DNA of 64,000 bases from Laetmonice hystrix. Lineage: Eukaryota. Made by a program: the position numbers and the translations under genes. Position 1 is the stretch's first letter, and every line of letters starts with the position of its first letter. The stretch is from positions 12,710,001-12,774,000 of the forward strand of contig OZ249452.1 of the NCBI GenBank assembly GCA_965235115.1, read 5' to 3'. Below the pieces are notes generated by a model, which was not told the origin of the DNA, did no database searches, and saw only the letters and a program-made list of their open reading frames with translations. Positions 1-12,500 of the stretch are shown here, piece after piece.

Positions 1-270
1 CAACGTTATGGTCTCCTCTTCCACACATTGTGTGTCCTCTAGTGGTCTTGTGAATTTGACACTCGGTTCTGTACAAAATCGAACATAAAAATTGGGATAC
101 CACACCAAAAAGGGTGAGCCACACCAGGAGAGTTTCTCTTAGGATACAGGTATACATTTGTACAGGTATGTTATAGCTAATGAGGCAATATTACATCCAT
201 ATACACTTACTAGTAAGGTTTACTCATGGATAATTAACAGGCATGCAAAGGAGGACTGTAGTTAGCATAC

Positions 271-537
271 CTTCTACAGTCAATTTTGCTGTAGTGGAAT
301 CCTCAGGAACCTTAGCCGTATAATCAGCCGTGTCATCCACCTTGGATGGTGTCAAGGTCAACCGATGCACTGTACCATCAGCGCTCACCTTGGTGCGTTT
401 GTCAGGCTTGATCTTTTTGCCATTTTTGAACCACTCAACTGGTTGATCAGGTTTGGAAAGTTCACACTCAAAGGTAACTGATTCATCTTCAGTGCATTTG
501 GTATCCTTGAGAGGTCTGGTAAACTTCACTGGGGCCT
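271..537 (-). CDS. Ig exon (last visible; gene continues below position 1)
   Basis: 267 nt, phase 1-1; donor GAAG|gtatgc. Confidence 0.92.
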
Positions 538-3500
538 CTGCATTAATAGGAAACATACAGCACTCAGGATAGGGTGAAGGACTGGGGGGGGGAACACTTT
601 ACAATAGGAGGTGACAAGTGGAAATATTGTTGCGGCCCAACAACAAATTAAATATGATGTCTGGACATAGGACTTTGGTCCCCATACTGTCAGTTCAATG
701 TAGGAGTATGAATGATGAAAAGTAATGATGTTTAGAGTCCATGCATTTATTTAGTACCGGGTACAATAGTATTATTGAAAGGATATCCTTCAATACCTTG
801 CACGGTTAGCTTTCCTGACGTGGTATGCTCGGAAACTTTGGCTGTGTACTCTGCCATGTCATTGACTTTAACTTGTGTCAAAGTTAACTGATGTTTTGTG
901 CCTTCAGCTGTCACTTTGGTGCGTTCGTCTGGCTTTATCTTTTTGCCATCTTTCAACCAGTCAACTGTTTTATCAGGTTTGGACAGTTCACAATCAAAGG
1001 TCACTGATTCGTCCTCTGTGCACTTTTTGTCCTTGAGAGGCACAGTGAAGGTCGCTGTTGCTTCTGTTACAAAGAATTGTAGGGATTCGGGATATGTTAT
1101 TTCTACACAATATAATATACTCGCAGCATCCGTTTATATTTTTACTACTGGCATGCACTTTCCAAACCAGATTTAAAATAAAAGTCTAATGGGTCTTAAA
1201 TTATAAATGGCAAACAAAATAAATAAATAAATAAATGAAAGCGTGACAATAAGTAGTATATGTCACAAAGGTTGCTACATAAAGTGTTAGTCTCACAGTT
1301 AAGCAGTATTATAAAGGACATTTATACCTTCCACCGTCAGATTGGCAGAACTCGCAGCATCTGGTGTTTTAACAGTATACTCGGCCGTGTCATCGATTTT
1401 AACTTGTGTCAAAGTTAACTGATGTTTTGTGCCTTCAGCTGTCACTTTGGTGCGTTCGTCTGGCTTTATCTTTTTGCCATCTTTCAACCAGTCAACCTTT
1501 TTATCAGGTTTGGACAGTTCACATTCAAAGGTCACTGATTCGTCCTCTGTGCACTTTTTGTCCTTGAGAGGCACAGTGAAGGTCGCTGTTGCTTCTGTTA
1601 CAAAGAATTGTGGGGTTCGGGATATGTTATTGCTATACAATATAATATACTCGCAGCATCCGTTAATATTTTTACTACTGGCATGCACTTTCCGATCCAG
1701 ATTTAAAATAAAAGTGTAATGGGTCTTAAATTATAAATGGCAAACAAAATAAATAAATAAATATATAATTGAAAGCATGACAATAAGTAGTATATGTCAC
1801 AAAGGTTGCTACATAAAGTGTTAGTTTCACAGTTAAGCAGTTTTATAAAGGACATTTATACCTTCCACCGTCAGATTTGCAGAACTCGCAGCATCCGGTG
1901 TTTTAACAGTATACTCGGCCGTGTCATCGACTTTGACTTGTGTCAAAGTTAACTGATGTTTTGTGCCTTCAGATGTCACTTTGGTGCATTTGTCTGGCTT
2001 TAACTTTTTGCCATCCTTCAACCAGTCAACCTTTTTATCAGGTTTGGACAGTTCACAATCAAAGGTCACTGATTCGTCCTCTGTGCACTTTTTGTCCTTG
2101 AGAGGTACAGTGAAGGTCGTTGCTGCTTCTGTTACAAAGAATTGTGGGGGTTCGGGATATGTTATTTCTATACAATATCATACACATACATTCACTATCG
2201 GCATGCACTTTCTGAACCAAAGTTGGGGTTAATGTCTAGTGGTTCTTATATTTAACAGCAAACAAAATAAATAAAAATAATGAGAAAAAGAAAAAGGTTT
2301 CTAAATTAATTGTTAATTTAAATAAGGAGTTTACACCATAATAGTAAGCATAACATTGTAGTAAGTTCTGCACACTTAAGCAGTATTATAAAGGACATTT
2401 ATACCTTCCACCGTCAGATTGGCAGAACTCGCAGCATCCGGTGTTTTAACAGTATACTCGGCCGTGTCATTGACTTTAACTTGTGTCAAAGTTAACTGAT
2501 GTTTTGTGCCTTCAGCTGTCACTTTGGTGCGTTTGTCTGGCTTTATCTGTTTGCCATCTTTCAACCAGTCAACTGTTTTATCAGGTTTGGACAGTTCACA
2601 ATCAAAGGTCACTGATTCGTGCTCTGTGCACTTTTTGTCCTTGAGAGGCACAGTGAAGGTCGCTGTTGCTTCTGTTACAAAGAATTGTAGGGATTCGGGA
2701 TATGTTATTTCTATACAATATAATATACTCGCAGCATCCGTTAATATTTTTACTACTGGCATGCACTTTCCGAACCAGATTTAAAATAAAAGTCTAATGG
2801 GTCTTAAATTAAAAATGGCAAAGAAAATAAATAAATCAATCAATCAAAGCATGACAATAAGTAGTGTATGTCACAAAGGTTGCTACATAAAGTGTTAGTT
2901 TCACAGTTAAGCGGTATTATAAAGGACATTTATACCTTCCACCGTCAGATTGGCAGAACTCGCAGCATCTGGTGTTTTAACAGTATACTCGGCCATGTCA
3001 TCGACTTTAACTTGTGTCAAAGTTAACTGATGTTTTGTGCCTTCAGCTGTCACTTTGGTGCGTTTGTCTGGCTTTATCTGTTTGCCATCCTTCAACCAGT
3101 CAACCTTTTTATCAGGTTTGGACAGTTCACAATCAAAGGTCACTGATTCGTCCTCTGTGCACTTTTTGTCCTTGAGAGGCACAGTGAAGGTCGCTGCTGC
3201 TTCTGTTACAAAGAATTGTGGGGGTTCGGGATATGTTATTGCTATACAATATAATATATATTTTTACTACTGGCATGCACTTTCCGAACCAGATTTAAAA
3301 TACAAGTCTAATGGGTCTTACATTAAATGGCAAACAAAATAAATAAATAAATAAATGAAAGCATGACAATAAGTAGTGTATGTCACAAAGGTTGCTACAT
3401 AAAGAGTTAGTTTCACAGTTAAGCAGTATTATAAAGGACATTTATACCTTCCACCGTCAGATTGGCAGAACTCGAAGCATCTGGTGTTTTAACAGTATAC

Positions 3501-6500
3501 TCGGCCATGTCATCGACTTTAACTTGTGTCAAAGTTAACTGATGTTTTGTGCCTTCAGCTGTCACTTTGGTGCGTTTGTCTGGCTTTATCTGTTTGCCAT
3601 CTTTCAACCAGTCAACCTTTTTATCAGGTTTGGACAGTTCACATTCAAAGGTCACTGATTCGTCCTCTGTGCACTTTTTGTCCTTGAGAGTTAAACTGAA
3701 GCTCGCTGCTGCTTCTGTTACAAAAAAACAATCCGATGTTGGGAACACTTATATTAGAGTTGGGACCTAGTAACATAAGGAACATATAAAAAAAAGAAAC
3801 TTAATACATTAATGGGAATATGGCCTATATAATTATATTAATTGGGGTTAACATAAATAATCTAAACGAAAAACTAAAATGTATGTACCATGCAAGTGTT
3901 TACATTTGAAACATAAGGTAAACTCAGGAAAACATGAATGGATTACATTACACATGGGGCACTTTCAGTAATATGATTTACTTGTTGGTTGACAAACTAG
4001 TACCTTCAACACTCAGACTGGCCGAAGTAAAGGCGCCAGATCCCTTAGCTGTGTATTCAGCTGTGTCTTCGACCTTTACTCCGGTTAAGGTCAACTGATG
4101 TTTAGCACCGTCCACTGTCATTTTTATGCGGTTATTGGGTTTAATTTTATTTCCATCCTTCAACCAATCAACCTCTTTATCAGGTTTTGACAGTTCACAT
4201 TCAAAGGTCACCGATTCGTCCTCTGTGCACTTTTTGTCCTTGAGAGGCAAAGTGAAGGTCGCTGAAGCTTCTGTTATGGAAATACACATTGGAATATCAG
4301 CTCTGGTGCAATGTCCATCAATCCCCGCTATCCCTGGGGTTCAGTACAGCATCGGTTAATAGTAAAGGTTAGAAACTTAAAAAATAAATAAATCTACAGC
4401 AAAGAAATCACAAGTCAAAAGCATCTTCTCTAGATACTTGCAGGAAAGGATTAAAAGGTCCGTGAAATCTTATGTGCTAGTAACTAAATAGTAATGATAA
4501 TGCGATGGACACTGGACAGTCTGGAGAGGGACCCTGTCTCTCATGTCGAGTCAGAAACTGTCATATAAAACTCTTGTGGATTTTGTTACCTGATTTGCTC
4601 AGCACACACAGTAAACACACACACAGACCCTGTCACACGATGTTGTGACTTCACCTACCGTTGACCAGATAGTCTTGCCTTTATGCCGATCTTTGACCTT
4701 GCGTTTTACATACCCCACTGAGGGCAGGTTTTGATGGGGTGGGAGTGGCCTCACAGGATCATAATGTGATAGCACATAATATTCTACACGGGAGGGTACA
4801 GAGAGAATCTCTCAGGAAACATTAACACATGAATAACAACGAAGGAAAACGCTGTTTCCTGCAAGAAGGCAACAGATGGTTTCCATGGACACCAGATGAC
4901 GTGTTTGTTGTCATGACGTCATGATTCCCCCAGGTTGGTGCGGAGTACTGCAGTAACCACTTACCCTCGACCCAAACCATAGCGGTGGAGCTGTCCCCAG
5001 GTACTTCAATGGTGAACTCCCCTTCGTCCTCTAGTTCTAAGTCCTTGATCGTCAGGCTGTGGACAGTATCGTCTGTTTTGAACTCGTACTTCTCATCAGC
5101 CGGGATTTCGTTGTCGTCTTTGAACCATGTGCCCTTGACGGGCTTTGAAACCTCTGCTTCAAGGGTGACAGTATCACCCTCTAGGGCAACGGTCTCTTGG
5201 AGAGGTTTGATAATAGACACGGGAATTTCTGAAAGGTCAGAGGGGTCAAGGTCACACACAAGGTCACACATACAAGGTTACAGATGACACGTTTAAACAC
5301 GTGGCAGTGTACCTCTCAAATCTATAGAGACACACAGTTTAACAGAGACATATTTAACGGTTGACAGACTGTGTGTGTAGAGGACAGACTGAGTACAGTT
5401 TGGAAAAGATGGTGCACTATTGCCAGTTACCATATTCATGACACCCCTATCAATCGACCAACAGTTTCGGAACCTACCTTCCACCCATAGTGGTGCCGAC
5501 GTGGTTTCCTTGGCAACAGTGGCGGTGTACTCCGCCTCCTCGCCGAGTTGTACGTCAGTTATGATCAAAGTATGTTTGGTTCCATCGACGATAATTTGAT
5601 GTCTATCGTCTGGTTTGATCTCTTTGGTATCCATGAACCATTTCACCGTTTGATTCGGCTTGGAAACCTCACATTTCAAGGTCACAGTTTGACCTTCAAT
5701 GGTTTCGGTCTCTTTCAACGGCACAGTGAAGACGACGGGGGTTTCTGTAACGTTGACAAACAAAACACGACAATGTACGGGTTGGTGGAAAGTACAGATA
5801 GTGGTGCCCTCCCAACACGGCAAACCATGCGGTGTACTTACAGGAAAAAAAGATGGCGGCCAAACTTAAGTGGTCCATCTAACAAAAAGCAATTCTCACC
5901 TGTGAAATAAAAGGCAGGCAACATGCAGAACACTTTCTGTCGAGGGCATACAGAAATCTGCTGAGCTTTATACAAGTTCTTTCTTTTGTGGTTTTTCTAA
6001 GACAAACGCAGTACCATTTCTTTTCATTCATATTTTAACCTTAAAATTCTGCAAGTTCATGCCTCCTGGTTCCCTGCCCTGCAAATGCATGGATGTAATT
6101 GAGTCACTGGCCAGATGCGTTTTACACACCTATTTTCACCTCGCGATCATGCAAACCAACAATGAGAATATAGTGAATGAACAATGCAAGATAACGCATG
6201 CAGTGATACTGAAATCAGTACAAATGGAACCTCACGTGCCATATACCTCAGGCGAACCGCCCTGCAAATATTTGTCCATTAATTCACTCCTCATTCTATG
6301 AGTCTCCGTTCTGCAACCTTTATAACATATTAGCAGGAAGGTAAGCTGAATATGGTGTGAGTCCCATTATTTAGCAATAACCGAGCGAAATCAAACTTGC
6401 TGCACCTGTATCTACTGTAACATGGACAGATTCTGAGGGTCATCCAGAATTAATATGATGGAAAATGTCTTTAAATTTGATTAAACGTATTGGATTTAAT

Positions 6501-9500
6501 GACATTTAACATGGTTGATGTCTTTAGCCTTTTATTTCTGGGCAGAAGAGCAACACGTTGAAGATAGCCCCAGACATTTTCAACCAAATCTATTCCCTAT
6601 GGAACGCCCTCAGAATCATAACTGAAACAACATCAAAGAGAATTCAATACCGTGCCGACACATTTCAATGTTTCATACCCTCAAGTGTTAATTTTGCACT
6701 CGTTGACTCTGGTCCGACCTTGGCCGTGTACTCAGCGACCTGTCTGGACGTTACGTCCTTCAGGGTCAACCGATGAACAGTGCCCTCCTTAGTGATCCGA
6801 CATTTTTCTGTGGACTTTAGAGGCTTTCCATCCTTAAACCATGTCACCTCAGCATCAGGTTTGTTCACCTCACACTCAAACACTGCCTCAGATTTCTCAG
6901 GAACACATTTGTCTGTCAGAGGCACAGTGAACTTAACTGGTGTCTCTGAAAACGAAATTACAATTTGGTTTAGGACTAGAACGCTAAAGCATTTGCGGGT
7001 TTGTCTTCAGGGAACTTGGTGGGAGGTTCTTTAAAATAGGATAGCGCTGGTGTTTAAACAGGGTTATAATGTAACACGTTCAGTGGGCAGTTGGTTTAGT
7101 GAAAAAGTGGAGGTTTGAAGTGGGGATCCAATTGTTTTAAATCGGTTAGGTGCTACTTACGGATACAATGTATCAGATATGGATATCTCTGGCTGGGAAT
7201 GCTGCAAGGTGACAACTAAATAAACATAACACATGTAAGTCTGGCATGTTAAGAATGACATTATGGGATGAATTGTGAACCTGAGCAGAACAAGGGAGAG
7301 TAAGTTCTGGGAAAGAATATTGGAAGATTCGGGGAATGATGCCATGGTGAACGAATTGATAAGAAACATCCATGAGGAATGAAACAGTAATGTAATGAGT
7401 TTGAAGGTTAGGGATGTAATTGCACTCCAACAGAAGGAATCTGTGTCTGCTGCAGAGCGTTTCCCTTTACACTGAGATGGGCACACAAGCCCAATTCAAC
7501 CAAAAAAACTTGTTTAAGTTTGGTTGGTTTTCTTCAGCCTTGCACAATCAGTGGAATTATATCAGAATATTCAAGAAACGTGTCCTGGCTCAATGTTCCT
7601 GGTCCAGAAGATAAAGCTAACTGACACACACTCCTTCTGTTTGAAGGCAGTAGATGATACAATGAATGAGATCCGGACGTGTTATAGAGACCATAACCTG
7701 GACAGATGTTAGTCAAACACCAAACACGGCGAATCCTGGTATTAGCATCTACAATCAAAGCTCACATCAATCCAATATATCTGAAATATAACAGAGATTT
7801 CCGTTTATAAAATAACGACTTTTCTTTAAGGTACTTACCTTTAACTGTCACTTTACATGATGTCTTGTTTCTCTCATCCAGTGCGGCCGTAAACTCGGTC
7901 ATATCGTCCATGGTAGCGTGTTTAATGATCAGTTTGTGAACTTTACCCTCCACGACGATCTCATACTTGTCGTCAGGTTTGATGACCTTGCCTTTCCTGG
8001 TCCATTTGACCTTGGCGTCAGGTTTGGATACCTCACATGTGAGCACCACTTCCTCGCCTTCATTGCAGGTGACATCCTTCAGTGGCGTGATGAATTTGAT
8101 AGCTACAGGGTTGGAGAAAGGGCGTTAGTTAGTACTATCTTAGCCGCTAGATGGCGTGTATTGGGCATATCAAGCGAGTCTTACATAGTCAGGTGTTGAA
8201 TCGTACATATATTTTCGTACACCCCTTGTATTAAAAATTCAAGTCATGATATCCATATATCTCTCCAAATAAAACTCTGAAAGGCAGTTCATATCCAATT
8301 AGGGCAAGTTTATGCTCTCTAATTTACGAGTCCCTTCCATGGAGTCTGTTCATAATCTGTGGATTATTTTGCCTATAGATGTCGCTATTATCGTTAGATG
8401 AACACGGTCCGTGGTATATGATGAATGGTGAGAATTCAGGAAAAGATTAACAAGAACTCAAGTTAACAAAACGGTCAGTTATATAACAAAGATCTCAAAC
8501 TACATTATCCACGTGTACCAGCAAACATTTATGACTACGGGGCTGACCATTTGAAATACAGGGGGGAGAGAAATCTATGGCTTCTCCTTATATACTACAA
8601 ACAAACTATAATATCTCTCATAATCAAGCAGGACCTTTTTTCCTCATGGATTTTAACTTCTTAACATATATCTTTAAAGCACATTTCTTCTGCACCTTCT
8701 AGTGATAACTTTAACCCCCCCCCCGTATCCAACGGTCCGCCCCCAAACACTATAGTTACCATGACGGCTGACGTTGACGGCGATGTATGCCTCAACACTC
8801 CTGTATCCAGCATGGCACGAATATTCGCCCTCGTCATCTTTTACTACGTCATGCACTATCAACACGTGCGAGGGAGCCTCCGACACAAACGTATACTTTC
8901 TACAATTCTCAGCGATAATTCCAATACCATCCAAACACCACTTCACGGGGCCGGTGGGCTTGGAGAGCTCAACGGCCAAGGCAAAGTCAGAGCCCTCGTC
9001 AACAGTTTTACCAACAAGAGGATGCGTGAAGAAAAGCTCTTCGTCCTCGTCAAGTCCGTCAGAATCGGAATGGTAAGGATCGTCCGTGTCATTATGGAAA
9101 CTCGCGAGTATGCGTTCAAGACTTGCGACTTTCATTCGTGGATTCAACCTACGCCCCTGGGGTTGCGAATCAAGGGTTGGTTCGGAGAGTGAATCCGATT
9201 CTGACCCGGATTCCAGAGAAATGGTTGTTCCCTCTGGGTCATGGTCTATTGATTGTGCTAACATTGTGTTGGAGGCTCGCAGGGGGTTCAGCAGCTCCAG
9301 GGTGGGTGAGGAGACAGGAGACGTGCTGGAGGATGGAGACGAGCTGCTGCAAGCTTTACCATGGAGGCAAGCATTAGAAATACATGCGACGTGGTCATCA
9401 AAACCAAAACAAAGCACGGAAAATCAAACAGGATCAGATCATCTTCATAAGGAATTATTTGTTTTAGTTTTAGAAATCAGAGAAAATTGTTATTGACATC

Positions 9501-12500
9501 GCTACCTTTTTAAAGATTCGGGGAATAACATGAGTCAGTAGATATATCGTGTGAAATGTTTTAAAATAAATGTTAGTAACTACTTCCTAACTATGTCTCA
9601 TTCCTGGATCACGTACCTTTCAAGACTTGACATATATTTGTAGTTCATGCATCAGTTATTCTTAAGAGCAATGACCACTAACTTAACCTGCATTCAGAAA
9701 GATCGGAATTTTAACTGTCAAAGCTTAACTTCATATTCCTTAACACTAGATCTGGCCTTTCAGCCTGTCTGTAATTTAAGCCGAGTCACTTAAAAGCAAA
9801 GCATAGGTTTACAATGCAAAGCTCCGTACCTGCAACACTTAACGTAATGGGACGCTGCGTCCCACATTCTCACAGGTTTAATATAGAATCAAGTGTAGCG
9901 TCATATACAGACCCTATCGATATCACTCGTAGTAATCTAATGGTAAATGTATGCAGTAATTAAGGCCTTAGTTATGAACGTTTATATATGCATAATGCAC
10001 GGTATCAAAGCGCTATGGATAAAGCAGGCTTGGTGTATACTGTGTGACAAGACTTCAGCTCCGTGTAAATTGTAATACTCTGTTTCTTGTTGATATTTTA
10101 ATCGAAATAAAAAGGCACTAGGTTGAATGACGCTCCCTTATAAAATTAAAGGACAGAAAAGGAAAGTTTTAGGTTGAAAAAGTAGAGGAGCAGGGCAGAT
10201 TGTGTGGAACAAGGTTTGCTATATCGATGGGAGAGGGATATTTGTGGCAAGTATCTGACCTTACACAGTGCACAACTCTATGTATAACTCTTGACATAGC
10301 ATTCATTTTTTATTATTTTATTGAAAAAAATGCAAACCAAAAACGTTGTTGGGTCCATCCGTAATGATATAACCGTCCTATATCTCTGATTTTCCACCAT
10401 TCTGGAACAGCTCTATTTATATGGGACTTTGCCACCCACGCAATCAGTCACCCGTGTTCTAACAGCCAATGCCTGCTCGTATTTAAAACTATTATATATA
10501 CGTCCTACCGGTAATCAGTTTGTAACGAGCTCAGTGATTGGCCCCCTGTACATGCGCAATACCATGCATATTGTTGTTTCTTAGTGCCTGGCCAATTATG
10601 CATTTCCTTAACTACCCATTCTCGTTCATACATACCAGAAGATTTTTATATCTTGCTTAGGCTTCTTTCTACCACTACCTGTTGTTCATTGGAAAATGGA
10701 ACAAGTAATTCAGTTTAACATTCAGAAAAAAATATCATGAAAGCAACTTGGTAATCATAATTAGTTATTCTACCTGTATTATTCTATATTTATGAGGCTA
10801 TTATTGTTATTATCTCACGATTATAAAATATTTATAAAACAACTCTTTACAGCCTTAATCCTATCTTTTGTACATCTGCAGTATATATCATTATGTATAA
10901 TTTCCTGGTTATCGTACACATTTGCCTATAAGCGGCCATAAGGCATAATCATGGCAAATTTTGAGCAGCGTTTCCTTCTTTTATAGCAAAGCAAAATAAA
11001 ATATTTTTAAAATGATAAAAAGAGGGGAAAGAAAGCTACCCAATGCATTCATAAATAAGAATGTCTTTGTTTCGTAGCGCCATCTTTATGATGTTAAAAT
11101 ATTATTCTATTAAAATAATGTTTTGATGATATTAGCTTTTATTTACCTTTTTTTCTAGGGCTCTTTGAAACCGAAGCCGGAGTTTGGAAACTCGCAGATG
11201 TTGAGGTGGTTTGGGACTTCCCTATAGTTGGACTCACAGAAGGTTTCCTTTTAGCTGATATGTACTGCATAGCACGTTGTTTGATGGCGTTTGCCTTCCC
11301 CGCCCTAGCATTGACGCGTGTGGGTGTTTGTGACCGGCTACCACCAGGTGGCGACAGTGTCTCCACTGATGTCGACTGGCCTTTGCTGAAGAACCCCATA
11401 CGGGCTGTAGTCGGTGAGAGTGATCTCGAACGCCGGTAGTCGGTCTTTGTGGTGGGACGCTGTGTACCACGTGACCCAGAATCCTCCCTCTGGGACCAAC
11501 CTGTGAGGTTACTAGTTGCACGCCTGAGTGACGTCTCTTCACTCCTTGAGGTGCCTCGGCTAGGCTCCTCCGGGTTCTCATCAATGCTAATATCATACAC
11601 TTTCCAATCAGAAACTGACAGCGTGCTGTCTGAGAGAGGTCTGGGTTTCCTAGCTGGTCCGAAGACGTTCACACTCAGCGGTTGACTTTCCGACCTTGAG
11701 AGCACAGGCCCTGCTGACTCTCCAGAGGTCATGTCCCTGAGGTCCAGGAGAGAGATAGCTCGATCTATAACGGATCTCAATGGAGGGAGTCTCTCCTGGG
11801 GCACAGCCTCTATGTCCTCCAGCTCATGCAACCGACTGATGTCCTGGAAACTCCTGGCTTTTGATTCTGTGTATCTGGACGATTCAGAGGACATTAACAG
11901 ATGTGAGTCGTGCTGTGATATTTTAGCCCAGTCAGATTGGGAAGCAGAGGCTTGTAAAGACAAGTCCCCTTCCATCCTTGTGTGATCTGTGAAGCCCTCC
12001 ATTTTAATTAACTCTTGTGGATTTTGTACCTCTATCCCCACTGGAGTGGTACTGGTAGACGAGCCCGTTAAGGAATCTGACTCTTTATGTGACATAACAT
12101 AATCTTCCGTCGTTACCTGATGCAGCAATGACGACTGCGCAGAGGGCGGTCTGTCATCTTGGGGCTTCGTCTGTGGTGACATGCCGCTATCTGCGCTTCT
12201 CAAACTCCTGTCAAACGTTGCATCGGCACGAACTGTACTGGACTCTTGAACCAAAGTGTACTCCATACGGCTAGGACTCTCCGCCTGCATTGTACCTTCA
12301 CAATGCCCTTTAAATGCCGAGTTTTCGACAATACTTTTGCTATCTACTCCTGTATCTACGCTGTGACCTGTATCATATCGCCCTTGTTCAACATGCTGAG
12401 CCCTATCAAAAACTTGTGTTTGCATTGTACCCTCATACCCTTTAAAAAGAATAATCTCAGAATTCAGAGTTGTTTCTGTAATGGACCTTTGTCCTGTAAC

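Larger units (their letters stand above)
797..3714. repeat. Tandem duplication array of exon+intron units, period 512-543 bp, 6 near-identical copies
   Basis: Exon starts at 797, 1328, 1862, 2405, 2936 and 3448; intron sequence is also conserved. Confidence 0.95.

Noticed and set aside
1210-3360. Repeated AATAAA in the array introns as poly(A) signals
   Set aside because: They are (AAAT)n microsatellites on the plus strand, antisense to the gene.
7260-7712. Decayed plus-strand coding relic or transposon fragment
   Set aside because: The reading frame is broken by stops, and I see no recognisable transposase/RT motif, TIR or TSD.
9417-11138. Gene boundary making two separate genes
   Set aside because: An in-phase donor at 11147 links the giant exon to the downstream phase-1 Ig exons, and those exons have no start exon or promoter evidence. 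Kept only as an alternative 3' end.
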